DNA of 64,000 bases from an uncultured Collinsella sp. (GTDB lineage: Bacteria; Actinomycetota; Coriobacteriia; Coriobacteriales; Coriobacteriaceae). Position numbers and translations under genes: made by a program. Of the stretch, positions 37,296-46,556 are shown in pieces (within the stretch, counting starts at the first letter, position 1; every line of letters starts with the position of its first letter). The stretch is taken from positions 834 through 64,833 of the forward strand of contig URNI01000001.1 in the NCBI GenBank assembly GCA_900549135.1, in the 5' to 3' direction. The notes under the pieces were generated by a model. The model ran no database searches. It was given only the letters and a program-made list of their open reading frames with translations, and was not told the origin of the DNA.

Positions 37296-38771
37296 TTATG
37301 ATTCAATTTCGTTTGACACGTACGCCAGGAGTTCATCGTCTAAGGCCTTCAGAGAGTTCTTGATTTCCCGCCTGCGCTCGCGAGCCTGTTCGATTTTTGC
37401 ATCACATTCTCGTTTTGCCTTGAATTCGAACGGGCTGAAAAAGGAACGTCTGCTCTTAAGCTCTCGAAGTTCGTTCCCCAGCCGGTCAAATTCATCTTCG
37501 AGCGCTTGTTTTTGCGTCTTTTTAACAGGATTATCTAACCAGTATTTGGCTTGGAGCTCTGCTTCTTTTTCAGCGCGCTCACGTTCCTTCTTCTTCTCGG
37601 GGTCGTATTCGTCACGCTTTGCCATGTCCTTTTCTAACTGTTCTCTCCGAAGCTGTTTTGCCTCATCGCCAAGGAAAAAGCCGTCGTTTGTTATTTGCCC
37701 GCTAGAGTACTGGCTGTAGTATCGGCGATTTGTTCGAACTTTGATACATAGCTCCTCGAGAGTGCACAATATGCCCCAGCATCTTAAGAGCATCTCGTCT
37801 GTGGCAGTGCCTTGTTTGGCGACTTTATTGTCAAAGAGGTCGATAGCTAAGCGAGTCGCTTCTATGCAACTATCGTACGCATTTATGCATAGATTAAGAG
37901 CTTCTTCTTCGTTGTCATAGTCGAAATCACCTGTCCCGTAGTAATCAAATACACGGACCTTGTTCCACCGTTCCGACCATGTGGAGCAGCCGTTGACCGC
38001 AGAGTTTAGGATCGTGATTGCAGCATTGTAATACATTGATGAAATGTTGCGCGCTGCAAGACCGGAAAGGTCTTCGGTAAAGGCGTCGAGGAGCTCTTCG
38101 ATATTCTCGGGTATCTCGGCACTCTCCCCCTGCTCTTTGCTGAGCCTCTTTACGGCAGCCGTTTGTAATTCACACACGGCCTCTATATTTTTCCATTGGA
38201 GTTCACGCGACTGTAGGTGACGAATGAGCCCCGATTGAATTAACTCTAGATTCTTCGCATTCGGTAGATTTGCAAGTTTCTGGCAGAAATAGTCTATCTC
38301 AGAGTTTGTGATAGCTCGCAAATGCTCAATGAAACCTATCGCTATGTTTAGCGCGGCGTTTATCTCATCAAAATCTGATGGGGCTCGATTTAGCAGCTTT
38401 AGCATATTGATGCATGCTGCATTTGATTCCGACAAGCGATCGTTGTCAAACGTGAGCTGCCAGTCTATCGCTTTTGCCTTTATTGACCATGCCTCGGCGT
38501 TCTTAAGATCAATCTCGAGGGCCATGGAGGAATATTTCTCAGCATCAGCGTTGTTACCTGCTTTTTGAGCGGTTCTGGCCAAGGCGAGATATCGATTGAC
38601 ATCTTCAGTGCGGTCTGTTTTCACTGTGCCTTCAACTTGGACAACACCTTCGACCATCATTTTCTTTGCGGTTTCAAGCGTGTATTTCATACCGCAACTT
38701 TGACAGACGAAAAAGTCTCCATCCTTGATTATCTCTGTGCTACCGCAGAGTTCGCATTTTAGCGCTTTCAT
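37296..38771 (-). CDS. Zn-ribbon + TPR-like helical + coiled-coil protein
   Basis: MKALKCELCG...FVCQSCGMKY, TPR-like AEKYSSMALEIDLKNAEAWSIKA and a charged C-terminal coiled coil. Confidence 0.7.
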   Translation of the reverse strand: MKALKCELCGSTEIIKDGDFFVCQSCGMKYTLETAKKMMVEGVVQVEGTVKTDRTEDVNRYLALARTAQKAGNNADAEKYSSMALEIDLKNAEAWSIKAKAIDWQLTFDNDRLSESNAACINMLKLLNRAPSDFDEINAALNIAIGFIEHLRAITNSEIDYFCQKLANLPNAKNLELIQSGLIRHLQSRELQWKNIEAVCELQTAAVKRLSKEQGESAEIPENIEELLDAFTEDLSGLAARNISSMYYNAAITILNSAVNGCSTWSERWNKVRVFDYYGTGDFDYDNEEEALNLCINAYDSCIEATRLAIDLFDNKVAKQGTATDEMLLRCWGILCTLEELCIKVRTNRRYYSQYSSGQITNDGFFLGDEAKQLRREQLEKDMAKRDEYDPEKKKERERAEKEAELQAKYWLDNPVKKTQKQALEDEFDRLGNELRELKSRRSFFSPFEFKAKRECDAKIEQARERRREIKNSLKALDDELLAYVSNEIES

Positions 38772-39427
38772 TTCGATTGCTCCATTTCATACCCTTTGCT
38801 GTTCATTTCCCGTATTAGTTTCTGCTTTATCTCAAAAACGTCATCCTTGTAAGGGAGATATAAGATGCCGTTTATATCGGACGGTTTTTCTATCGGCGGG
38901 TCGGCTTCTTTGAGAAGGATCGCGGTCCTAGACCTGCCGAATTTCATCAGTAACATCCCAAGCTCCAAAACTACGTTCTGGCGAGCTCTTGGCTGCGGTT
39001 GATCCTGTTCATTCTTTGGACAGCCTATATCGTCCGGGGTCATAAGTACTATCCCGAAATTAGCGCAAGGGATGTATTCCATTAGTTGTTCGATTACTGT
39101 TCGGCCCCCTATAGGCTGATTATCGAGGAAAATAGGCTCGAGATTTAACTCTTCGAGAAGACGTTGGAGTTGGTTTCGGGCGGTTTTATCGTGGCCGTAA
39201 ACAACGAAAACTTTGTTGTTTGGTTCATCAATGATTTCATCTTCGATGGTTTTCCGGACCTGATCAGCGTTATTTCCTTGACAAAAGAAGCCGCCGCTGT
39301 CGTAGACATATACGGCTGTTCCACTCTCGAGCTTTATTCGATAGCCAATAGTTTTGTATCTCTGGGCCGTTTTTACCGGAATTTCTTTTGAAATAAGAAG
39401 CGAGATTAATTTATCCTTATCGATCAT
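38768..39427 (-). CDS. CAP12/Pycsar-type TIR-domain (predicted nucleotide-binding) protein
   Basis: KVFVVYGHD, GRTVIEQL, FGIVLMTPDDIG, RARQNVVLELG (putative catalytic Glu) and EKPSDINGILY; short N-terminal beta domain (VYVYDSGGFFCQG). Confidence 0.85.
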   Translation of the reverse strand: MIDKDKLISLLISKEIPVKTAQRYKTIGYRIKLESGTAVYVYDSGGFFCQGNNADQVRKTIEDEIIDEPNNKVFVVYGHDKTARNQLQRLLEELNLEPIFLDNQPIGGRTVIEQLMEYIPCANFGIVLMTPDDIGCPKNEQDQPQPRARQNVVLELGMLLMKFGRSRTAILLKEADPPIEKPSDINGILYLPYKDDVFEIKQKLIREMNSKGYEMEQSK

Positions 39428-40101
39428 TAGCTGTCCTTGCTTGCTTTAACCAGTGCCGCTCTTTGCCTTATCAACGAAGTCATGCGCAATATTTTCGAGT
39501 TCGCACCTTCGATATCGTTTGATTCGATTGATTGCGATAGATCACGAAGTGCGCTCGATATTTCGTCTTCAACTTGAGCGCTTGCTTCACAACTGGCGGG
39601 GTCGGCAAGGCTTGAAGTTTCCAAGAGGCTGGTCATTGATGCACGCAACTCTGAAGGTGATTCATCTAGAAGCAGTCTTAGCTGAAGTTCAAGGTTCTGC
39701 ATGGATTGCGATTTGCTTGAAACTTGGTTTTCAACAGTAGATGCGTGAGATTCGGAAGCGCCTGTTGCGAAGAGCGTGGCTGTCGCAGCGCTTGCTAGCA
39801 GAAAACTGAGAATTGGAATTGCTGGAAGCGCCTCTGTTTTTAACGCGGACCCTAGTATGCCTAGCAACAATTGGACTGCAAACGATATGCCAATAACAAG
39901 TATCTTTGAGATACCAAATATCTTAAGATTCTTTTGGGGTCCAAATAACAAGGTTGAAACCACCAGGGCGAGCATGACCAAAGAGAATGCGCTCTCAATC
40001 CAAAAGGTAGTTGAGGGTCCAAATAAAAGTACGGCCACGCTTTCGATAACTATGAAGAGGGCTACGGGGATTGCTGCAATATATGCCTGCGTGTTCTTCA
40101 T
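39427..40101 (-). CDS. 4-TM membrane protein with C-terminal helical cytoplasmic domain
   Basis: Start MKNTQ at 40101 (TAATG overlap with the SPFH stop, GGAGG RBS); four hydrophobic segments; ADPAS...EDEI...RQR tail. Confidence 0.75.
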   Translation of the reverse strand: MKNTQAYIAAIPVALFIVIESVAVLLFGPSTTFWIESAFSLVMLALVVSTLLFGPQKNLKIFGISKILVIGISFAVQLLLGILGSALKTEALPAIPILSFLLASAATATLFATGASESHASTVENQVSSKSQSMQNLELQLRLLLDESPSELRASMTSLLETSSLADPASCEASAQVEDEISSALRDLSQSIESNDIEGANSKILRMTSLIRQRAALVKASKDS

Positions 40102-41207
40102 TATGACCTCCGTGCTCCGCACTCGGGACAGAACTTCTCGGTTCCAGAGAAGCGATATCCACATTCGGAACAGAACTTTGCAGCACTTTGCTGCGAATTG
40201 GTATCCGCAGGGATGGGCTGCGTCGCGGACGTGCCGGTGGCTTGTGAGAGTGCGTCGGTCATAACTGACCCCATGGTCCCGCCGACACCGGCCATTACGC
40301 CCAGACCAATTCCCATGTTTGCGTATTCGCCAGTCGCTTCGTTTTGGGCCATCTTTTCGGCAACATCGAAGCTGCGTTCCTGTTGATAGGTATAGCCCTC
40401 GATTTGCCGTTTTTCTGCGCGTGCTTTTGCGGAGATTACGGTGCGCTGCGCCGCAGTTTCTTGTTCGATAATGCTGACCTGTTGTTTTATCTGTGCTTCG
40501 CGTACGTCGGCATATTGCTTGAAATGGAGGTCCTTAAACTTCTCGTATACCGGATCACCTTCGGGTTTGACGATGGCGGTGACCAGCATTTGCGTTAATG
40601 AGAGACCGTATGCGGCAAAGTCGGGAAGCAGCTTGTTCTTAAGCGAGTCGGATAACTCTTCAAGGTGTGCATCAAGTTCGAAAATGGAGAGTTTTTGTTC
40701 GGTAATTACTTGTGCCAGATGAGTTTTTATTCGAGTTTGCAGGAAAGCTTTGAAATAACTGATCAGCTTGTCCTGGGAGAGCAAAGCTTCGGTTCCAACA
40801 AGCTTGAGAAGGAGCCTGCGGGGCTCTTTTACAGCAAGAGCCATCTCTCCGGACGCCCCGAGCGAGAGCGGAAATCCATAAGTCGGTTCCATGAACTGAA
40901 TCTTGGAATTGGTTCCCCAGCGGATGCCCATCTGCTCGATGAGGTTAACAAAGTAGACCTCTGAGTGAAACGGGCTGACACCACCGGTCGTTATCTTCGA
41001 AATGCCGTTCAGTAACGGTAGATTTTGAGTCTCAAGTTCATGCCTGCCTGGTCCAAACGAATCCAGGGCCTGTCCATTAAGGAAGAAAATTGCTTCTTGG
41101 GTCTCGTGAACAATGAGTTGCGAGCCCGTATTGAAGTCTTCTGAGGGGTGTTTCCAGATAAAAGTTTGGTTGTTGCCCTCATATTTGATGACATCCGTGA
41201 TGCTCAT
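40101..41207 (-). CDS. SPFH/Band-7 (YdjI/virion-core-like) protein with C-terminal Zn ribbon
   Basis: IWKHP.EDFNTGSQLIVHETQEAIF...FGPGRH.L.TQNLP, EVYFVN, RWGT, GIGLGVMAG and CSECG...FCPECG. Confidence 0.85.
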   Translation of the reverse strand: MSITDVIKYEGNNQTFIWKHPSEDFNTGSQLIVHETQEAIFFLNGQALDSFGPGRHELETQNLPLLNGISKITTGGVSPFHSEVYFVNLIEQMGIRWGTNSKIQFMEPTYGFPLSLGASGEMALAVKEPRRLLLKLVGTEALLSQDKLISYFKAFLQTRIKTHLAQVITEQKLSIFELDAHLEELSDSLKNKLLPDFAAYGLSLTQMLVTAIVKPEGDPVYEKFKDLHFKQYADVREAQIKQQVSIIEQETAAQRTVISAKARAEKRQIEGYTYQQERSFDVAEKMAQNEATGEYANMGIGLGVMAGVGGTMGSVMTDALSQATGTSATQPIPADTNSQQSAAKFCSECGYRFSGTEKFCPECGARRS

Positions 41208-41226
41208 AGTCACCTTGTTTCCATGG

Positions 41227-42159
41227 TTAGTAATGTTGATTTGCTAAGATAGCCGTCGTTGCTACGACGGCAAAAGTGGTGCTGAGACCCAGGCGCAGGA
41301 TGTCGCCGGGGTACAGCCGGGCGGGTGCTCCGGTGCTGATGTCGAGTTCGTTGTTGTCGGCTGTTCGAATCAGATGCGTGCCGTTGGTCGAACCGAGGTC
41401 TTGTGCGTACCAAGCATTGTTCTCGGCGAAGATACGGAGATGTCTGGCGGAGACATCCAGCCCAACATCGGTGACAGCGCCGTCTTCGAGTGCGAGCGCT
41501 CCGATGGTGGTGCCCATGGCAGAAGGCTCAATGACATAAGGGCCGCCGATGACGAGTTCGTTATCGATCCTGATAAGGCCGATCGCATGTTCGGTGCCCG
41601 TTTGTTTTAAATCGCATGGACAGAAAGAAATACTTGAGGGGGTAAACGACCTGACATTCTCTGCGAATTCAAAGCGGTTCCTGATGTACGCGATAGCACG
41701 GGCCGGATCGCACCAACAGGCGGTCGAAACAACGAGCGCGATTGAGATAAGAGCCCTGTCATCTTTGTCTGGCTGGCAGCTGACGAGGCGCGAGGCGGCG
41801 TTCCGGTAAAGGAGCCCATTGCGCCCACAGACACTGAGCGCTTGAGCCATCGCGTCAGTTGCTGCCGCAATCATGGTATAGATGTCGGCGTTCGAATACC
41901 CTTTTTCCTGTAGCTTGTGCAGGATTTGATTCGATGCGCAGGACCAGTCGGTAAAGTAGCGATCTTCTAGGGAACCCGGCTGCGAGTGCACAATCGTGCG
42001 CGAAAGCCAGCTGGTGTCCTGTGCCATTTGGGCGGTAGGCTGTCCATTTGTTAACGGCAGATCGGATAGTAACAGTTCAGCAAGTGCGCGATGGCTCAGG
42101 GTAAATGAAGTCTTGAACAGGGAGAACATGACCTCGAGTGGTGTTTGCCGTCTTGGCAT
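41227..42159 (-). CDS. FHA-domain protein with helical (possibly HTH-like) N-terminus
   Basis: VSARHLRI, WYAQDLGSTNGT and LYPGDILRLG; AAGGGAG RBS. Confidence 0.85.
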   Translation of the reverse strand: MPRRQTPLEVMFSLFKTSFTLSHRALAELLLSDLPLTNGQPTAQMAQDTSWLSRTIVHSQPGSLEDRYFTDWSCASNQILHKLQEKGYSNADIYTMIAAATDAMAQALSVCGRNGLLYRNAASRLVSCQPDKDDRALISIALVVSTACWCDPARAIAYIRNRFEFAENVRSFTPSSISFCPCDLKQTGTEHAIGLIRIDNELVIGGPYVIEPSAMGTTIGALALEDGAVTDVGLDVSARHLRIFAENNAWYAQDLGSTNGTHLIRTADNNELDISTGAPARLYPGDILRLGLSTTFAVVATTAILANQHY

Positions 42160-42346
42160 GATACTCTCCCTTCCTTGACCTTATTCGCTAAACAAAGGAT
42201 AAGGGTGCCACTAGCCGATTTTACTGTGCAACAAATTGCACGTCGGCGAGCGGTCGTGCTGCCTGATGCGCTTGCTCCAGAATGAGAGCTGGTTATCTTA
42301 GGGGTGCTATACGGTCTCGTTTTGATTAGGATGGCATGACTCAACC

Positions 42347-42546
42347 GCCCTTCGGGAAACTGTGCCCCGGAATGGATAACCAGATTGGGATGTAGTTTCC
42401 GCAGTCCCGACCCGTTGCGGAAACGGTGTCCCAGAATCGGCGTTCGAAACGGGACGCAGTTTCCCTTACAAACAGAACAAGGCGCGCTGCCTGCGGTTGA
42501 TGCAGACAGCGCGCCTTTTGCGTTGAGCTCCGTTGAGGTCCGAAAT
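42347..42546 (+). repeat. Two ~62-bp palindromic units plus terminal hairpin (right copy)
   Basis: GGGAAACTGTGCCCC...GGGATGTAGTTTCC and CGGAAACGGTGTCCC...GGGACGCAGTTTCC, then AAGGCGCGCTGCCTGC...GCAGACAGCGCGCCTT. Direct-repeat homologue of 35577-35773. Confidence 0.8.
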
Positions 42547-42561
42547 CGTGGCTTGCGACCT

Positions 42562-43311
42562 TTAGGAGCGGGCGGCTCCGTCGACGGGGAGCACGGCGCC
42601 AGTGACGTAGGAGGACATGTCGCTCGCCAGGAAAACAAAGGCGTTAGCGACATCCTCGGGCTCGCCCATGCGACCCAGCGGAATGGTGGCGATGATGGGC
42701 TTGATGACCTCTTCGGGCAGGTTGGCGACCATATCGGTCTTGGTCACGCCGGGTGCGACGGCATTGACGCGAATGCCCATGGGGGCGAGCTCGCGCGAGA
42801 GCGACTGGACCATACCGTTGACGGCAAACTTGGACGTGGGATAGCCAACGCCGGAGGGCTGGCCGTACTTGGCGACCATCGAGCTTGTGGTAGTGATGGT
42901 GCCGCCGTGGCCGGCCTCGGTCATGATCTTGGCGGCAGCCTGGTGGCCGTTAAAGACGGCGACGACGTTGAGGTCCATAACTTTGGCGAACTCCTCAGCC
43001 GTGTAGTTGAGCAGCGGCGAGCGCTGGGAAATTCCGGCGTTGTTGACGACCGTGTCCAAGCCGCCCATGTCGGCTGCAGCCTGGGTAAAGGCCTCGGTCA
43101 CGGCTTCGAGTGAGGTGAGGTCGCAGGAGCGGCCCCAGACCTTGGCGTCGGGATAGGCGGCTGTCAGCTTCTCAACGGCCGCATCGGCGGTCTCCTGACG
43201 CGAGCCAAAGACAGTGACGGCGGCGCCCTCCTCGATAAAACGGCAGGCGATGGCATAGCCGATACCGCGCGTGCCTCCGGTGATGATTGCTTTCTTGCCC
43301 TCGAGCAACAT
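42562..43311 (-). CDS. SDR oxidoreductase, probable bile-acid 3-alpha-hydroxysteroid dehydrogenase (BaiA-like family)
   Basis: TGGTRGIG, GSRQET, NNAGISQ, catalytic YPTSK and terminal VDGAARS. Confidence 0.75.
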   Translation of the reverse strand: MLLEGKKAIITGGTRGIGYAIACRFIEEGAAVTVFGSRQETADAAVEKLTAAYPDAKVWGRSCDLTSLEAVTEAFTQAAADMGGLDTVVNNAGISQRSPLLNYTAEEFAKVMDLNVVAVFNGHQAAAKIMTEAGHGGTITTTSSMVAKYGQPSGVGYPTSKFAVNGMVQSLSRELAPMGIRVNAVAPGVTKTDMVANLPEEVIKPIIATIPLGRMGEPEDVANAFVFLASDMSSYVTGAVLPVDGAARS

Positions 43312-43460
43312 GGTATTTCCTCTCATCGCGGGCGGACATTCGCAGCACAGCGTAGCCGTAACCGGAATCGGCCGTGTTTGCATATCGGTGAACGGTAGCC
43401 CGCGTTACCGATGAGCGGCTCGCGCAAATGTGCCCTGTCGTTGTGCTTAGGGCCGGAGAC

Positions 43461-43495
43461 AAAAGGGCTCCCATCCCACATCGGACGGGAGCCCT
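43461..43495 (-). terminator. Rho-independent terminator of hom
   Basis: AGGGCTCCC...GGGAGCCCT hairpin with a minus-strand T-tract. Confidence 0.7.
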
Positions 43496-43525
43496 CAAAG
43501 CGCGTATTGCTAGGCGAGCGTTGGG

Positions 43526-44869
43526 TTAGTTGGCCATGACGCCTTCGGTCCAAGCCTCAACGTCCTCGATGCGCAGGACGTTGGCGACCTCGGCCACACA
43601 GCCGACGCTGGCAAGCTCGGCCGCGGCAGCCTGGACGTCCTTCTCGAGCGCGCGATGCGTCAGGAAGATGACCGAGCAGGCATCGTTGACGCCCGACTTG
43701 CCGTCCTCGACCTGGTTGATGAGCGAGATCGAGATGTTGTGCTTGGCAAAGATGTCGACCGTCTCGGACAGGGCGCCCACGCGGTCGGCGACCTTCAGGC
43801 GCACATAGTACTTGGTCTGGAGCTCGTCCATGGGCTTAAAGGCGAGGTTGTGACCATAGGGCTCAATCTCGGGCAGCGGAGCCACGCCGCGGCTGATCTG
43901 CTCGGAGAGCGACAGGATGTCGCCCACGACGGCGCTCGCGGTGGGGAAGGAGCCTGCGCCGGCACCGTAGAACATGGTCTCGCCCACGGCGTCGCCTACC
44001 ACGTAGACAGCGTTCATGGCGCCGTTGACCTTGGCAAGCATGTGGTCGGCGGGGATCAGCGTGGGATGCACACGGACGTCGACGCCGGCGTCGGTGTTGC
44101 GGGCGATGCCGAGCAGCTTAATGGTGTAGCCGAGCTCACGGGCCTGGGCGATGTCCTCGGCACCGATGGTACGGATACCCTGCTGGTAAACATCGTCGGT
44201 GGTAACGCGGGTGCCAAAGCCGATGGAGGCGAGGATTGCCGTCTTGCTGGCGGCATCGAAGCCGTCGACGTCGGCGGACGGGTCGGCCTCGGCATAGCCC
44301 TTTGCCTGGGCGTCGGCGAGCACGTCAGCGTAATCGGCGCCCTCGGCGTCCATGCGCGACAGGATGTAGTTGGTGGTGCCGTTGAGAATGCCAGCGATGG
44401 TCAGGATCTTGTTGCCCACCAGGTCGTGCTCGAGCGTGCTGACAATGGGGATGCCACCGCCGCAGCTGGCCTCGCACTTAATCTGCACGCCGCACGCGCG
44501 CGCCTTCTCGGCGAGCGTCTCGACATGACGGCCCAGCAGGGCCTTGTTGGCAGAGACGACGTGCTTGCCGTTCTCGAAGGCGGTGGTGAAGATTTCGGTC
44601 GCGGGGTGCTCGCCGCCGATGAGCTCGACGACGATATCGACGGCGGGGTCGGTGACGACGTCGTGCCAGTCGCTCGTAAAGGCCTCGCGCTCAATACCGG
44701 CAGCTTCGGCCTGCTCCCAGGCAAGCGCGCAGGCGCGGGTCAGCTTAAGGTCGATGCCGTAGGCTGCCAGGTACTCATCGTGGTGGCTCTTGATCAGACG
44801 GGCCACGCCGCCGCCGACGGTTCCCAGACCGATCAGACCGACGTTCACGGTGCGCAGGGGTTCGCTCAT
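43526..44869 (-). CDS. hom: Homoserine dehydrogenase with ACT domain
   Basis: GLGTVGGG, HVVSANKAL, EASCGGGIP, GILNGTTNYIL, GYAEADPSADVDG and GAGAGSFPTASAV. Confidence 0.95.
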   Translation of the reverse strand: MSEPLRTVNVGLIGLGTVGGGVARLIKSHHDEYLAAYGIDLKLTRACALAWEQAEAAGIEREAFTSDWHDVVTDPAVDIVVELIGGEHPATEIFTTAFENGKHVVSANKALLGRHVETLAEKARACGVQIKCEASCGGGIPIVSTLEHDLVGNKILTIAGILNGTTNYILSRMDAEGADYADVLADAQAKGYAEADPSADVDGFDAASKTAILASIGFGTRVTTDDVYQQGIRTIGAEDIAQARELGYTIKLLGIARNTDAGVDVRVHPTLIPADHMLAKVNGAMNAVYVVGDAVGETMFYGAGAGSFPTASAVVGDILSLSEQISRGVAPLPEIEPYGHNLAFKPMDELQTKYYVRLKVADRVGALSETVDIFAKHNISISLINQVEDGKSGVNDACSVIFLTHRALEKDVQAAAAELASVGCVAEVANVLRIEDVEAWTEGVMAN

Positions 44870-45119
44870 AGATAGCTCCTTCGTGCATCTTATGGATGGA
44901 TTAACCGCTTAAAGGTTGAGTGCATTCTAGCGTGAACCGAGGGCGCGTGCTCGCCAGGCAACAGGAGTCGCACAAAACGGCACCCCCGAAACGCTGCGGA
45001 AACATTGGAAACATGCTCGCTACAAACGGAACTCCGTAACAAACTGTCAACGTTTGCACCATAAGGTTTGCCCTGTACCGCAAGACGGCCGCACCGCGGC
45101 CAGCGAAAAGGGGGACACC

Positions 45120-46286
45120 ATGTTTAGCATCAACAACGTACTTAACCGCAGGAGTTTCCTTGCCGGCGCCGCGGCGCTCGGCAGCACCGTCGCGCTTGCT
45201 GGCTGCTCGTCGGGTAGCTCGGACGGCGGCTCTGCCGATGACGGCAAGACCTTCAAGATCGGTGTCATCGGCCCTCTGACCGGCGCCGCGGCAACCTATG
45301 GCGTTTCGGCCGAGAAGGGTGCCAAGCTCGCCGCCAAGGATTTCTCGACCAAGGACCTCAAACTCTCGCTTAAGTCCGAGGATGACGTCGCTGACGGCGA
45401 GAAGGCTATCAACGCCTTCAATACCCTGTGCGACTGGGGCATGCAGGCTCTCGTCGGCCCCGTCACGACTGGTGCCGCCGTCGCCGTCTCGGGTGAGATC
45501 GCCGACGATATGCTCATGGTCACGCCTTCGGCCTCGTCGCTCGACGTCACCAAGGATAAGACCGCGGTCTTTCAGGTTTGCTTCACCGATCCCACCATGG
45601 GCGCCAGCGCTGCGAAGTTCTTGGCCGAGAAGTACGCGGATGCCAAGATCGCCCTGTTCTACAACTCCGGCGATACGTATAGCTCGGGCGTTGCCGACGC
45701 TTTTGCCGAGCAGGCCAAGGCGTCCAAGCTCGACATCGTCGATACCGAGACTTTTAAGGACGACTCCTCCACGAGCTTTACCAACCAGCTCACCAAGGCC
45801 AAGGAGGCCGGCGCCACGCTCATCTTTGCGCCGATCTACTACACGCCGGCGTCCGTTTTGCTCAAGAACGCCAAGGACATGGGCTACGACATGACCCTCA
45901 TGGGTACCGACGGCATGGACGGCCTGCTCTCTGTGGAAGGCTTCGATACCTCTCTTGCCGAGGGCGTGCTGCTTATGACCCCGTTCTCTGCCGACGACGA
46001 GAAGAATGCCGACTTCGTCAAGGCATATAAGGACGCCTACGACGAGACGCCTAACCAGTTTGCCGCCGACGCCTACGATTGCGTCCACGCAATCGTCGAG
46101 GCTATCGATAAAGCGGGCATCGACCTTACGGCCGACGGCGCCGACATTGCCGGCGACCTTGCCAAGGCCATGCGCAAGATCAAGATCGACGGCCTGACCG
46201 GCGAGCTAACGTGGAATGACGAAGGTCAGGTCGAAAAGCCTGCTACGGCCTATGTGATTCAGGACGGTAAGTACATCGCCGCCTAA
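45120..46286 (+). CDS. livK: Branched-chain amino acid ABC substrate-binding lipoprotein (Tat signal)
   Basis: NRRSFL twin-arginine motif, LAGC lipobox, IGPLTG and FAADAYD. Confidence 0.85.
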   Translation: MFSINNVLNRRSFLAGAAALGSTVALAGCSSGSSDGGSADDGKTFKIGVIGPLTGAAATYGVSAEKGAKLAAKDFSTKDLKLSLKSEDDVADGEKAINAFNTLCDWGMQALVGPVTTGAAVAVSGEIADDMLMVTPSASSLDVTKDKTAVFQVCFTDPTMGASAAKFLAEKYADAKIALFYNSGDTYSSGVADAFAEQAKASKLDIVDTETFKDDSSTSFTNQLTKAKEAGATLIFAPIYYTPASVLLKNAKDMGYDMTLMGTDGMDGLLSVEGFDTSLAEGVLLMTPFSADDEKNADFVKAYKDAYDETPNQFAADAYDCVHAIVEAIDKAGIDLTADGADIAGDLAKAMRKIKIDGLTGELTWNDEGQVEKPATAYVIQDGKYIAA

Positions 46287-46337
46287 GTGCATATACATCG
46301 AGACCGGCGGGCCGTTTTATTCAGGGCAAGGACGCCT

Positions 46338-46364
46338 GTAACAGAACGGAAACATTACTTTCAC
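46338..46364 (+). promoter_or_regulatory. GlnR-box-like direct repeat
   Basis: GTAAC-n6-GAAAC-n6-TTCAC matches the actinobacterial GlnR consensus gTnAc-n6-GaAAc. Confidence 0.5.
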
Positions 46365-46556
46365 ACAATAAAGTGGCTAAACTGCATAAACTGACAGGAA
46401 TACGCAGAATTATGGATAAATGGACAAAACAAAAGAAAAGTTGAAATAATCGCCACTTTCCTTAACTAAAGCGTCTAGTATTTTGCGAACGCCGAACACG
46501 GCGAAGGATGGCCTGTCGGGTAACCGAAACCCGACGAGATTTGAGAGGAGAGCCGC

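Noticed and set aside
38768..39427. CBASS, Pycsar or Thoeris system
   Set aside because: No CD-NTase, PycC cyclase, STING/cNMP-binding domain or ThsA-like gene is recognisable nearby.
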